From sequence record OR062946.1: DNA of 64,000 nt; one strand, 5' to 3'. Positions within the stretch are counted from its first letter, which is position 1. Every line of letters begins with the position of its first letter. The position numbers and the translations under genes were made by a program. This document shows positions 27,847 through 38,483 of this stretch, in pieces. The notes below the pieces were generated by a model that searched no databases, was not told where the DNA came from, and worked only from the letters and a program-made list of their open reading frames with translations. The DNA comes from Escherichia phage 310Ecol104PP.

Positions 27847-28298
27847 TATGCCCCCTTAAAGCCAAGAGCTCGTAATCCATCTTCTGTTAGAATTCTAAAT
27901 TTTATTCCACGCTTTTCAGCTAAAGCTTGAGCTGCTTTCCATTTATCAGTATTAACGGAATATGTATAAATTTCATTCATAAATCTTTTCTTCGCTGCAG
28001 TTGTTAGATGTGCCGGTTTAACTGGTGGTTGTGTTTCTTTTTTAGGTTTTATTTCAATAAAAAATTCTTGCCCAGAAGAATCTTTCATCCAAATATCCAT
28101 GAAGTATCTACGTTTTTTCCCTTCTGCATTACAAAAATAAGGAATTACTGCTGTTTCACTACCCCATGCAATAATTTCTGGATTTTTATCTAACCATTCA
28201 AAAAAGAATTTTTCCCAATTTGATCTATACGTAATTTTTTTAGGGTCACCTCTATATTTTGATATATTTTTAGGAACCCATTTTCCAGAATATGCCAT
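27846..28298 (-). CDS. 4: head completion protein gp4
   Basis: 150 aa divergent from gene 53, as in T4. Confidence 0.9.
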   Translation of the reverse strand: MAYSGKWVPKNISKYRGDPKKITYRSNWEKFFFEWLDKNPEIIAWGSETAVIPYFCNAEGKKRRYFMDIWMKDSSGQEFFIEIKPKKETQPPVKPAHLTTAAKKRFMNEIYTYSVNTDKWKAAQALAEKRGIKFRILTEDGLRALGFKGA

Positions 28299-28309
28299 TG
28301 GATTCTCCT

Positions 28310-28317
28310 TATAAATA
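28310..28317 (+). promoter_or_regulatory. T4 late promoter (TATAAATA) for gene 53
   Basis: Exact TATAAATA about 29 nt upstream of the gene 53 ATG. Confidence 0.6.
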
Positions 28318-28345
28318 TATTATCTATTTATAAACAGGAGGGCCC

Positions 28346-28936
28346 ATGCTCTTTACATTTTTTGATCCGATTGAATATGCGGCCAAAACGGTGAATAAAA
28401 ACGCGCCGACTATTCCTATGACAGATATTTTTAGAAACTATAAAGACTATTTTAAACGCGCTCTTGCGGGATACCGCTTACGTACTTATTATATTAAAGG
28501 TTCACCACGCCCAGAAGAATTAGCAAATGCTATATATGGAAATCCGCAGTTGTATTGGGTTTTATTGATGTGTAATGATAATTATGATCCGTATTATGGA
28601 TGGATTACTTCGCAAGAAGCTGCTTATCAAGCATCTATACAAAAATACAAAAACGTAGGTGGAGACCAAATAGTATATCATGTGAATGAGAACGGTGAAA
28701 AATTTTATAATTTAATATCATACGATGATAATCCATATGTTTGGTATGACAAAGGCGATAAAGCTAGAAAATATCCTCAATATGAAGGAGCACTTGCTGC
28801 GGTCGATACGTATGAAGCTGCTGTTCTTGAAAATGAAAAACTTCGTCAAATAAAAATAATAGCAAAATCAGACATCAATTCATTTATGAACGACCTTATA
28901 CGTATAATGGAGAAATCTTATGGAAATGATAAGTAA
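28346..28936 (+). CDS. 53: baseplate wedge protein gp53
   Basis: 196 aa, first gene of the plus-strand baseplate block. Confidence 0.9.
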   Translation: MLFTFFDPIEYAAKTVNKNAPTIPMTDIFRNYKDYFKRALAGYRLRTYYIKGSPRPEELANAIYGNPQLYWVLLMCNDNYDPYYGWITSQEAAYQASIQKYKNVGGDQIVYHVNENGEKFYNLISYDDNPYVWYDKGDKARKYPQYEGALAAVDTYEAAVLENEKLRQIKIIAKSDINSFMNDLIRIMEKSYGNDK

Positions 28937-30647
28937 TAACCTTAATTGGTTTGTTGGTGTTGTTGAAGATAGAATGGACCCATTAAAATTAGGTCGTGTT
29001 CGTGTTCGTGTGGTTGGTCTGCATCCACCTCAAAGAGCGCAAGGCGACGTAATGGGTATTCCAACAGATAAATTACCATGGATGTCAGTTATTCAACCTA
29101 TAACTTCTGCAGCAATGTCTGGAATTGGAGGCTCCGTTACTGGTCCGGTAGAAGGAACTAGAGTTTATGGTCATTTTTTAGACAAATGGAAAACTAATGG
29201 AATTGTCCTTGGCACGTATGGTGGAATAGTTCGCGAAAAGCCTAATAGACTTGAAGGATTTTCTGACCCGACTGGACAGTATCCTAGACGTCTAGGAAAT
29301 GATACTAACGTATTAAACCAAGGCGGAGAAGTAGGATATGATTCGTCTTCTAATATTATCCAAGATAGTAATTTAGATACTGCGATAAATCCTGATGATA
29401 GACCACTATCAGAGATTCCAACTGATGATAATCCAAATATGTCAATGACTGAAATGCTTCGCCGTGACGAAGGATTAAGACTAAAAGTTTATTGGGATAC
29501 TGGAGGATATCCGACAATTGGTATTGGTCATCTTATCATGAAGCAGCCAGTTCGTGATATGACCCAAATTAATAAAGTTTTATCAAAACAAGTTGGTCGT
29601 GAAATTACCGGAAATCCAGGTTCTATTACAATGGAAGAAGCGGTAACTTTATTTGAACGTGATTTAGCTGATATGCAACGTGACATTAAATCACATTCTA
29701 AAGTTGGCCCAGTTTGGAAAGCAGTTAATCGTTCTCGTCAAATGGCATTAGAAAATATGGCATTTCAGATGGGCGTTGGCGGTGTAGCTAAATTTAACAC
29801 AATGTTAACAGCTATGTTAGCCGGAGATTGGGAAAAAGCATATAAAGCTGGTCGTGATTCATTGTGGTATCAACAAACAAAAGGCCGTGCATCCCGTGTT
29901 ACCATGATTATTCTTACAGGTAATTTGGAATCATACGGTATTGAAGTTAAAACACCAGCTAGGTCTTTGTCAGCAATGGCTGCTACTGTAGCAAAGTCTT
30001 CTGATCCAGCTGACCCTCCTATTCCGAATGATTCGAGAATTTTATTCAAAGAACCTGTTTCTTCATATAAAGGTGAATATCCGTATGTTCACACAATGGA
30101 AACTGAAAGCGGTCATATTCAGGAATTTGACGATACCCCGGGACAAGAACGATACAGATTAGTTCATCCGACTGGAACATATGAGGAAGTATCACCGTCA
30201 GGAAGAAGAACAAGAAAAACTGTTGACAATTTGTATGATATAACAAATGCTGATGGTAATTTTTTGGTAGCTGGCGATAAAAAGACTAACGTCGGTGGAT
30301 CAGAAATTTATTACAACATGGATAATCGTCTCCACCAAATAGATGGAAGCAATACAATATTTGTGCGTGGCGATGAAACTAAGACGGTTGAAGGTAATGG
30401 AACTATCCTAGTCAAAGGTAATGTTACTATTGTAGTTGAAGGTAATGCTGACATTACAGTTAAAGGGGATGCTACCACTTTAGTTGAAGGAAATCAGACT
30501 AATACAGTAAATGGAAATCTTTCTTGGAAAGTTGCTGGGACAGTTGATTGGGACGTTGGTGGTGATTGGACAGAAAAAATGGCATCTATGAGTTCTATTT
30601 CATCTGGTCAATACACAATTGATGGATCGAGGATTGACATTGGCTAA
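28920..30647 (+). CDS. 5: baseplate hub subunit and tail lysozyme gp5
   Basis: 575 aa starting MEMISNNLNWFVGVVED; internal lysozyme domain (EMLRRDEGLRLKVYWDTGGYPTIGIGHL) and C-terminal VxGxxxV beta-helix repeats. Confidence 0.95.
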   Translation: MEMISNNLNWFVGVVEDRMDPLKLGRVRVRVVGLHPPQRAQGDVMGIPTDKLPWMSVIQPITSAAMSGIGGSVTGPVEGTRVYGHFLDKWKTNGIVLGTYGGIVREKPNRLEGFSDPTGQYPRRLGNDTNVLNQGGEVGYDSSSNIIQDSNLDTAINPDDRPLSEIPTDDNPNMSMTEMLRRDEGLRLKVYWDTGGYPTIGIGHLIMKQPVRDMTQINKVLSKQVGREITGNPGSITMEEAVTLFERDLADMQRDIKSHSKVGPVWKAVNRSRQMALENMAFQMGVGGVAKFNTMLTAMLAGDWEKAYKAGRDSLWYQQTKGRASRVTMIILTGNLESYGIEVKTPARSLSAMAATVAKSSDPADPPIPNDSRILFKEPVSSYKGEYPYVHTMETESGHIQEFDDTPGQERYRLVHPTGTYEEVSPSGRRTRKTVDNLYDITNADGNFLVAGDKKTNVGGSEIYYNMDNRLHQIDGSNTIFVRGDETKTVEGNGTILVKGNVTIVVEGNADITVKGDATTLVEGNQTNTVNGNLSWKVAGTVDWDVGGDWTEKMASMSSISSGQYTIDGSRIDIG

Positions 30648-30657
30648 TATACTTCCA

Positions 30658-31176
30658 ATGAGCGCTGATTTAGGAGAATCCATGGAAGGTTCTTCTATCG
30701 ACGTCACCTTTACCGCTCAATTAGAAACAGGTGAAACGTTAGTATCTATAAATATAACTAGTTACGAAGAAACTCCTGGGGTTTTAGTAGAAGAAAATCG
30801 TTTATATGGAACGTATGAATCTGTATTTGGATTTGGAAATGATGCGTTGAAATATCGTTTAGATAATGAATTTAAAACCGCTGCTTCATGGGAAGACCTT
30901 CCAACTGATTCTAATACTCAGTTATATCTATGGAAAGCTCCTCAAAACCTCCAGAAGACATTCACTTACGAAGTAACATTAATATATGACTACCAAGAAC
31001 AAAGTGAATCTGGAGGTTCTGGCAGTAATTCTAGGTCATCTTCTGATACTACTGAACCAACGAATCCTCCAGCTCCAATAAGAAAAACTCTTGTTAAAAA
31101 TTACACAAAAACTATAGTTGGAAATTGGAGTCGTTGGGCTAATAAATTGAGAAGCTACGTGTATGAGAGGCCATAA
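30658..31176 (+). CDS. 5.1: hypothetical protein gp5.1
   Basis: ATG at 30658 after gp5 stop (track ORF starts at TTG inside gene 5); acidic Ser-rich. Confidence 0.6.
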
Positions 31177-31470
31177 ATGTCAGGATTAAGTTATGATAAA
31201 TGTGTTACTGCCGGCCATGAAGCATGGCCTCCAACAGTTGTGAATGCTACACAAAGTAAAGTATTCACTGGAGGAATTGCTGTTCTCGTAGCAGGTGATC
31301 CAATTACAGAACATACAGAAATTAAAAAGCCATATGAAACACATGGCGGAGTGACACAACCTAGAACTTCTAAGGTATATGTCACTGGAAAGAAAGCTGT
31401 TCAAATGGCTGATCCAATATCATGCGGTGATACAGTGGCTCAGGCATCATCTAAAGTATTCATTAAATAG
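31177..31470 (+). CDS. 5.4: PAAR-repeat spike tip protein gp5.4
   Basis: 97 aa between genes 5.1 and 6 with PAAR-like Gly/Val repeats ([12 protein letters not shown]). Confidence 0.85.
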
Positions 31471-31478
31471 GATTTAAA

Positions 31479-33461
31479 ATGGCAAATACCCCTGTAAATT
31501 ATCAATTAACAAGAACAGCAAATGCTATTCCCGAGATATTCGTCGGGGGTACATTTGCTGAAATAAAACAAAACCTCATTGAATGGCTTAATGGTCAAAA
31601 TGAATTTTTGGATTATGATTTTGAAGGCTCAAGATTAAACGTTTTGTGTGACCTTTTGGCTTATAATACATTGTACATTCAGCAGTTTGGTAATGCTGCC
31701 TTGTATGAAAGCTTTATGCGTACTGCTAATTTGCGTAGTTCAGTAGTTCAAGCTGCACAAGATAATGGATATTTACCTACTTCAAAATCAGCTGCTCAAA
31801 CTGAAATTATGCTAACTTGTACAGATGCATTGAATAGAAATTACATTACTATTCCTCGTGGTACTCGCTTTTTAGCATATGCAAAGGATACTTCCGTTAA
31901 TCCTTACAACTTTGTATCTACCGAAGATGTTATTGCTATTCGCGATAAAAATAACCAATATTTTCCGCGTTTAAAATTAGCCCAGGGGCGTATAGTAAGA
32001 ACTGAAATCATTTATGATAAATTAACACCTATTATCATTTATGACAAAAATATAGATAGAAACCAAGTTAAACTATACGTTGATGGAGCAGAATGGATTA
32101 ACTGGACAAGAAAGTCAATGGTTCATGCTGGTTCTACATCAACAATTTACTACATGCGTGAAACTATTGATGGAAATACTGAGTTTTATTTTGGTGAAGG
32201 TGAGATTTCTGTTAACGCGGCAGAAGGAGCATTGACCGCTAATTATATTGGAGGTCTTAAACCTACTCAGAACTCTACGATTGTTATTGAGTACATCAGT
32301 ACTAATGGTGCAGATGCGAATGGCGCAGTCGGATTTTCATATGCAGATACATTAACAAATATAACTGTCATCAACATTAATGAAAATCCAAACGATGACC
32401 TAGATTTTGTTGGGGCAGATGGCGGCGGTGATCCAGAAGATATTGAGCGTATTCGCGAATTGGGTACTATTAAACGCGAAACCCAGCAACGCTGCGTAAC
32501 TGCGACTGACTATGATACATTCGTTTCAGAGAGATTTGGTTCTATTATTCAAGCAGTTCAGACTTTCACTGATTCTACTAAACCTGGTTATGCATTTATT
32601 GCTGCTAAACCTAAATCAGGGTTGTATTTAACTACTGTACAACGCGAAGATATTAAAAATTATCTCAAAGACTATAATTTAGCTCCTATTACGCCATCAA
32701 TTATTTCTCCTAATTATCTTTTTATTAAGACTAATTTAAAAGTCACATATGCTTTAAATAAGCTGCAAGAATCCGAACAGTGGCTCGAAGGTCAAATAAT
32801 TGATAAAATTGATCGTTATTATACCGAAGACGTAGAAATTTTTAACTCATCTTTCGCTAAATCTAAGATGTTGACATATGTAGATGATGCAGATCATTCT
32901 ATCATTGGCTCATCAGCGACAATTCAAATTGTTCGTGAAGTACAAAACTTCTATAAAACGCCTGAAGCAGGTATTAAATACAATAATCAAATAAAAGATC
33001 GTTCTATGGAATCTAATACGTTTTCATTTAATTCCGGACGAAAGGTTGTAAATCCTGATACTGGTTTAGAAGAAGATGTATTATATGACGTTCGCATAGT
33101 ATCAACAGACCGAGATTCTAAAGGAATTGGTAAAGTTATTATTGGTCCATTTGCTTCTGGCGATGTTACAGAAAATGAAAACATTCAGCCGTATACAGGC
33201 AACGATTTTAACAAATTAGCAAATTCTGATGGACGCGACAAATACTATGTTATCGGTGAAATAAATTATCCAGCTGATGTGATTTATTGGAATATCGCTA
33301 AAATTAATTTAACATCTGAAAAATTTGAAGTTCAGACTATTGAATTATATTCTGACCCAACCGATGATGTTATCTTTACTCGCGATGGTTCACTGATTGT
33401 ATTTGAAAATGACTTACGTCCACAATACTTAACTATCGATTTGGAGCCTATATCACAATGA
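31479..33461 (+). CDS. 6: baseplate wedge protein gp6
   Basis: 660 aa in T4 order. Confidence 0.95.
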   Translation: MANTPVNYQLTRTANAIPEIFVGGTFAEIKQNLIEWLNGQNEFLDYDFEGSRLNVLCDLLAYNTLYIQQFGNAALYESFMRTANLRSSVVQAAQDNGYLPTSKSAAQTEIMLTCTDALNRNYITIPRGTRFLAYAKDTSVNPYNFVSTEDVIAIRDKNNQYFPRLKLAQGRIVRTEIIYDKLTPIIIYDKNIDRNQVKLYVDGAEWINWTRKSMVHAGSTSTIYYMRETIDGNTEFYFGEGEISVNAAEGALTANYIGGLKPTQNSTIVIEYISTNGADANGAVGFSYADTLTNITVININENPNDDLDFVGADGGGDPEDIERIRELGTIKRETQQRCVTATDYDTFVSERFGSIIQAVQTFTDSTKPGYAFIAAKPKSGLYLTTVQREDIKNYLKDYNLAPITPSIISPNYLFIKTNLKVTYALNKLQESEQWLEGQIIDKIDRYYTEDVEIFNSSFAKSKMLTYVDDADHSIIGSSATIQIVREVQNFYKTPEAGIKYNNQIKDRSMESNTFSFNSGRKVVNPDTGLEEDVLYDVRIVSTDRDSKGIGKVIIGPFASGDVTENENIQPYTGNDFNKLANSDGRDKYYVIGEINYPADVIYWNIAKINLTSEKFEVQTIELYSDPTDDVIFTRDGSLIVFENDLRPQYLTIDLEPISQ

Positions 33462-36400
33462 CAGTAAAAGCACCTTCAGTCACTAGTCTCAGAATTTCCA
33501 AGTTATCCGCAAATCAGGTGCAAGTACGCTGGGATGACGTTGGTGCTAATTTCTACTATTTTGTAGAAATCGCTGAGACAAAAACAAACTCGGGGGAAAA
33601 TCTCCCGAGTGATCAATATCGTTGGATTAATTTAGGGTATACAGCAAATAATAGTTTCTTTTTTGATGATGCTGATCCACTAACATCATACATCATTAGA
33701 GTAGCTACAGCTGTACAAGATTTTGAGCAATCTGATTGGGTTTATACAGAAGAGTTTGAAACTTTTGCTACGAATGCTTACACATTTCAAAACATGATTG
33801 AAATGCAATTAGCCAATAAATTCATTCAGGAAAAATTTACTCTTAACAATTCTAATTATGTCAATTTTAATAATGACACTATAATGGCTGCATTGATGAA
33901 TGAATCGTTTCAATTCAGCCCATCATATGTTGATGTTTCATCAATCAGTAATTTTATTATTGGTGAAAATGAGTATCATGAAATACAAGGTTCTATTCAG
34001 CAAGTATGTAAGGATATTAACCGAGTTTATTTGATGGAATCAGAAGGGATTCTATATCTTTTTGAGCGCTATCAACCCGTAGTTAAAGTATCCAATGATA
34101 AAGGACAAACCTGGAAAGCTGTAAAGCTCTTCAATGACCGCGTAGGATATCCTTTATCTAAGACTGTATATTACCAATCTGCGAACACAACATACGTTCT
34201 AGGATACGACAAGGTCTTCTATGGCCGTAAATCTACTGATGTTAGATGGTCAGCTGATGATGTCAGATTTAGTTCACAGGATATAACATTTGCTAAATTA
34301 GGAGACCAACTTCATTTAGGATTCGATGTTGAAATCTTCGCTACTTATGCTACTTTACCAGCGAATGTATATCGCATTGCAGAAGCTATTACTTGCACCG
34401 ATGATTACATTTACGTTGTCGCCAGAGACAAAGTTAGATACATAAAAACGAGTAATGCACCTATAGATTCTGATCCATTATCTCCAACATATTCGGAAAG
34501 ACTTTTTGAACCTGATACCATGACTATAACTGGAAATCCTAAAGCAGTATGCTATAAAATGGATTCTATCGGTGATAAAGTTTTTGCTCTTATTATTGGT
34601 GAAGTTGAAACATTAAATGCTAATCCTAGAACATCAAAAATAATTGATTCCGCTGATAAAGGAATATATGTTTTAAATCATGACGAAAAAACATGGAAAA
34701 GAGTTTTTGGTAATACCGAAGAAGAAAGAAGACGTATTCAACCCGGATATGCGAATATGTCAACTGACGGTAAATTAGTTTCTCTATCATCGAGTAATTT
34801 TAAATTTTTAAGTGATAATGTTGTTAATGACCCTGAAACTACAGCAAAATATCAGTTAATCGGTGCTGTTAAATATGAATTTCCTCGTGAATGGTTAGCT
34901 GATAAGCATTATCATATGATGGCATTTATAGCAGATGAAAAGTCTGATTGGGAAACTTTTACTCCTCAGCCGATGAAATACTATGCAGAACCATTCTTTA
35001 ACTGGTCTAAAAAATCTAACACACGTTGTTGGATAAACAACTCTGATAGGGTTGTAGTAGTTTATGCTGATTTAAAATACACTAAAGTTATAGAAAATAT
35101 TCCGGAAACATCACCAGATAGATTAGTTCATGAATACTGGGACGATGGCGATTGCACTATAGTAATGCCAAATGTTAAATTCACTGGATTTAAAAAATAT
35201 GCATCTGGGATGCTTTTCTATAAAGCCTCTGGTGAAATAATTTCTTACTATGATTTTAACTATCGTGTTAGAGACACTGTCGAAATTATTTGGAAGCCAA
35301 CTGAAGTATTTTTAAAAGCATTTTTACAAAACCAAGAGCATGAAACTCCTTGGTCGCCTGAAGAAGAGCGTGGATTAGCTGACCCTGATTTAAGACCATT
35401 GATTGGCACAATGATGCCTGATTCTTATTTGTTACAGGATTCGAATTTTGAGGCATTTTGCGAAGCATATATTCAATATCTTTCTGATGGATATGGAACT
35501 CAGTATAACAATTTACGAAATTTAATTCGTAACAAATATCCACGAGAAGAGCATGCATGGGAATATTTGTGGTCAGAGATATATAAAAGAAACATTTATT
35601 TAAATGCTGACAAACGTGATGCTGTTACAAGATTTTTCGAATCACGTAGCTATGATTTTTATTCTACTAAAGGAATTGAAGCATCATATAAATTTCTTTT
35701 TAAAGTTCTTTATAATGAAGAAGTTGAAATTGAAATTGAATCTGGGGCTGGTACTGAATATGATATAATCGTTCAATCTGATTCTTTGACTGAAGACTTA
35801 GTAGGACAAACGATTTATACAGCTACAGGAAGATGTAATGTTACTTATATAGAAAGAAGTTATTCTAACGGTAAATTGCAATGGACCGTAACTATTCATA
35901 ATCTTTTGGGAAGATTAATTGCCGGTCAAGAAGTTAAAGCAGAAAGACTCCCTAGTTTTGAAGGCGAAATTATTCGCGGGGTTAAAGGGAAGGATTTGCT
36001 TCAAAATAATATAGACTATATTAATAGAAGTCGATCATATTATGTAATGAAAATTAAATCCAATTTACCTTCTTCCCGCTGGAAATCTGACGTTATTCGT
36101 TTTGTTCATCCAGTAGGATTTGGATTTATAGCAATTACTCTTTTAACAATGTTTATTAATGTTGGTTTAACTCTTAAACATACAGAGACTATAATTAATA
36201 AATACAAAAACTATAAATGGGATTCTGGATTGCCTACTGAATATGCTGATAGAGTAGCTAAATTAACTCCAGCTGGTGAAATTGAACATGATCCAGTAAC
36301 AGGCGAAGCAATTTATGAACCTGGTCCAAAGGCTGGTGTAAAATATCCTCTTCCTGATGACTATAATGCTGAAAATAATAATTCAATATTTCAAGGTCAA

Positions 36401-36556
36401 TTGCCGTCTGAACGACGTAAATTAATGAGTCCTTTATTTGATGCATCTGGAACAACATTTGCGCAATTTAGAGATTTAGTTAATAAACGTTTAAAAGATA
36501 ATATAGGAAATCCAAGAGACCCTGAAAATCCAACACAGGTTAAAATAGATGAATGA
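33458..36556 (+). CDS. 7: baseplate wedge initiator gp7
   Basis: 1032 aa in T4 order. Confidence 0.95.
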   Translation: MTVKAPSVTSLRISKLSANQVQVRWDDVGANFYYFVEIAETKTNSGENLPSDQYRWINLGYTANNSFFFDDADPLTSYIIRVATAVQDFEQSDWVYTEEFETFATNAYTFQNMIEMQLANKFIQEKFTLNNSNYVNFNNDTIMAALMNESFQFSPSYVDVSSISNFIIGENEYHEIQGSIQQVCKDINRVYLMESEGILYLFERYQPVVKVSNDKGQTWKAVKLFNDRVGYPLSKTVYYQSANTTYVLGYDKVFYGRKSTDVRWSADDVRFSSQDITFAKLGDQLHLGFDVEIFATYATLPANVYRIAEAITCTDDYIYVVARDKVRYIKTSNAPIDSDPLSPTYSERLFEPDTMTITGNPKAVCYKMDSIGDKVFALIIGEVETLNANPRTSKIIDSADKGIYVLNHDEKTWKRVFGNTEEERRRIQPGYANMSTDGKLVSLSSSNFKFLSDNVVNDPETTAKYQLIGAVKYEFPREWLADKHYHMMAFIADEKSDWETFTPQPMKYYAEPFFNWSKKSNTRCWINNSDRVVVVYADLKYTKVIENIPETSPDRLVHEYWDDGDCTIVMPNVKFTGFKKYASGMLFYKASGEIISYYDFNYRVRDTVEIIWKPTEVFLKAFLQNQEHETPWSPEEERGLADPDLRPLIGTMMPDSYLLQDSNFEAFCEAYIQYLSDGYGTQYNNLRNLIRNKYPREEHAWEYLWSEIYKRNIYLNADKRDAVTRFFESRSYDFYSTKGIEASYKFLFKVLYNEEVEIEIESGAGTEYDIIVQSDSLTEDLVGQTIYTATGRCNVTYIERSYSNGKLQWTVTIHNLLGRLIAGQEVKAERLPSFEGEIIRGVKGKDLLQNNIDYINRSRSYYVMKIKSNLPSSRWKSDVIRFVHPVGFGFIAITLLTMFINVGLTLKHTETIINKYKNYKWDSGLPTEYADRVAKLTPAGEIEHDPVTGEAIYEPGPKAGVKYPLPDDYNAENNNSIFQGQLPSERRKLMSPLFDASGTTFAQFRDLVNKRLKDNIGNPRDPENPTQVKIDE

Positions 36557-37553
36557 TTCAAGTGTTATCTATCGTGCGATAGTTACTTCAAAATTTAGAA
36601 CAGAAAAAATGTTGAATTTTTATAATTCAATTGGAAGTGGTCCGGATAAAAACACTATCTTTATCACATTTGGAAGATCAGAACCGTGGTCATCAAATGA
36701 AAATGAGGCGGGCTTTGCCCCGCCTTATCCCACTGATTCTGTATTAGGTGTAACTGACATGTGGACGCATATGATGGGAACCGTGAAGGTTCTTCCATCT
36801 ATGCTTGATGCAGTTATTCCTCGTCGAGATTGGGGAGATACTCGATATCCTGATCCATACACATTTAGAATTAATGACATTGTAGTGTGTAACTCAGCTC
36901 CTTACAACGCTACTGAATCAGGCGCAGGCTGGTTAGTATATCGTTGTTTAGATGTTCCTGATACCGGAATGTGTTCAATCGCATCTTTAACTGATAAAGA
37001 TGAATGCCTTAAGTTAGGTGGAAAATGGACTCCTTCTGCTAGGTCAATGACTCCTCCTGAAGGTCGAGGAGACGCGGAAGGAACAATTGAACCTGGAGAC
37101 GGATATGTTTGGGAATATCTTTTTGAGATTCCGCCTGATGTGTCTATAAATAGATGCACGAATGAATATATCGTGGTTCCTTGGCCTGAGGAATTAAAAG
37201 AAGACCCGACTAGATGGGGATATGAAGATAATCTCACATGGCAGCAAGATGATTTTGGATTAATTTACCGGGTTAAGGCAAATACTATTCGTTTTAAAGC
37301 ATATTTAGATTCAGTTTATTTTCCTGAAGCTGCATTGCCGGGAAATAAAGGATTTAGACAAATATCAATAATCACGAATCCTCTTGAAGCTAAAGCTCAT
37401 CCAAATGACCCAAACGTTAAAGCTGAAAAGGATTATTATGATCCGGAAGATTTAATGAGGCATTCGGGCGAAATGATTTATATGGAAAATAGGCCACCTA
37501 TTATCATGGCAATGGATCAAACAGAAGAAATCAATATTCTGTTTACATTTTAA
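36549..37553 (+). CDS. 8: baseplate wedge protein gp8
   Basis: 334 aa in T4 order. Confidence 0.95.
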   Translation: MNDSSVIYRAIVTSKFRTEKMLNFYNSIGSGPDKNTIFITFGRSEPWSSNENEAGFAPPYPTDSVLGVTDMWTHMMGTVKVLPSMLDAVIPRRDWGDTRYPDPYTFRINDIVVCNSAPYNATESGAGWLVYRCLDVPDTGMCSIASLTDKDECLKLGGKWTPSARSMTPPEGRGDAEGTIEPGDGYVWEYLFEIPPDVSINRCTNEYIVVPWPEELKEDPTRWGYEDNLTWQQDDFGLIYRVKANTIRFKAYLDSVYFPEAALPGNKGFRQISIITNPLEAKAHPNDPNVKAEKDYYDPEDLMRHSGEMIYMENRPPIIMAMDQTEEINILFTF

Positions 37554-37556
37554 CTT

Positions 37557-37583
37557 AAGGGAGCCCATGGGCTCCCTTTTTCT
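37557..37583 (+). terminator. rho-independent terminator after gene 8
   Basis: Hairpin gggagcccatgggctccc followed by TTTTT. Confidence 0.65.
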
Positions 37584-37584
37584 T

Positions 37585-37592
37585 TATAAATA
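37585..37592 (+). promoter_or_regulatory. T4 late promoter (TATAAATA) for gene 9
   Basis: Exact TATAAATA about 25 nt upstream of the gene 9 ATG. Confidence 0.6.
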
Positions 37593-37616
37593 CTATAAAC
37601 TCATAAGGAAACCGCT

Positions 37617-38483
37617 ATGTTCATTCAAGAACCAAAGAAATTGATTGATACCGGCGAAATTGGTAACGCTTCTACTGGTGATATCTTATTCGACGGTGGT
37701 AATAAAATTAATAGTGATTTTAACGCAATTTATAATGCGTTTGGCGATCAGCGCAAAATGGCAGTAGCAAATGGCACTGGAGCAGATGGTCAAATTATCC
37801 ACGCTACTGGATATTATCAAAAACACTCTATTGCGGAGTACGCAACTCCAGTAAAAGTTGGCACTAGACATGATATTGATACCTCTACTGTAGGTGTTAA
37901 AGTTATCATTGAAAGAGGTGAACTTGGTGATTGCGTTGAATTTATTAACTCAAATGGATCTATATCAGTTACTAATCCTTTAACGATTCAAGCGATTGAT
38001 TCAATTAAAGGTGTTTCTGGTAATTTAGTAGTAACTAGCCCATATAGTAAAGTAACTTTACGTTGTATTTCATCTGATAATTCTACATCAGTTTGGAATT
38101 ATTCTATTGAAAGTATGTTTGGACAAAAGGAATCACCTGCTGAAGGTACATGGAATATTTCTACATCCGGATCAGTTGATATTCCACTATTTCATCGTAC
38201 TGAATATAACATGGCTAAATTGTTAGTTACATGTCAATCGGTAGATGGAAGAAAAATTAAAACGGCAGAAATAAATATTCTTGTGGATACTGTTAATTCA
38301 GAGGTCATTTCTTCTGAATATGCTGTCATGCGAGTTGGGAATGAAACCGAAGAAGACGAAATCGCTAATATTGCATTTAGTATTAAAGAAAATTATGTAA
38401 CGGCGACTATAAGTTCTCCAACTGTCGGTATGAGAGCAGCAGTTAAAGTTATCGCTACGCAGAAAATCGGGGTGGCTCAATAA
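37617..38483 (+). CDS. 9: baseplate wedge / long tail fiber connector gp9
   Basis: 288 aa in T4 order. Confidence 0.95.
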   Translation: MFIQEPKKLIDTGEIGNASTGDILFDGGNKINSDFNAIYNAFGDQRKMAVANGTGADGQIIHATGYYQKHSIAEYATPVKVGTRHDIDTSTVGVKVIIERGELGDCVEFINSNGSISVTNPLTIQAIDSIKGVSGNLVVTSPYSKVTLRCISSDNSTSVWNYSIESMFGQKESPAEGTWNISTSGSVDIPLFHRTEYNMAKLLVTCQSVDGRKIKTAEINILVDTVNSEVISSEYAVMRVGNETEEDEIANIAFSIKENYVTATISSPTVGMRAAVKVIATQKIGVAQ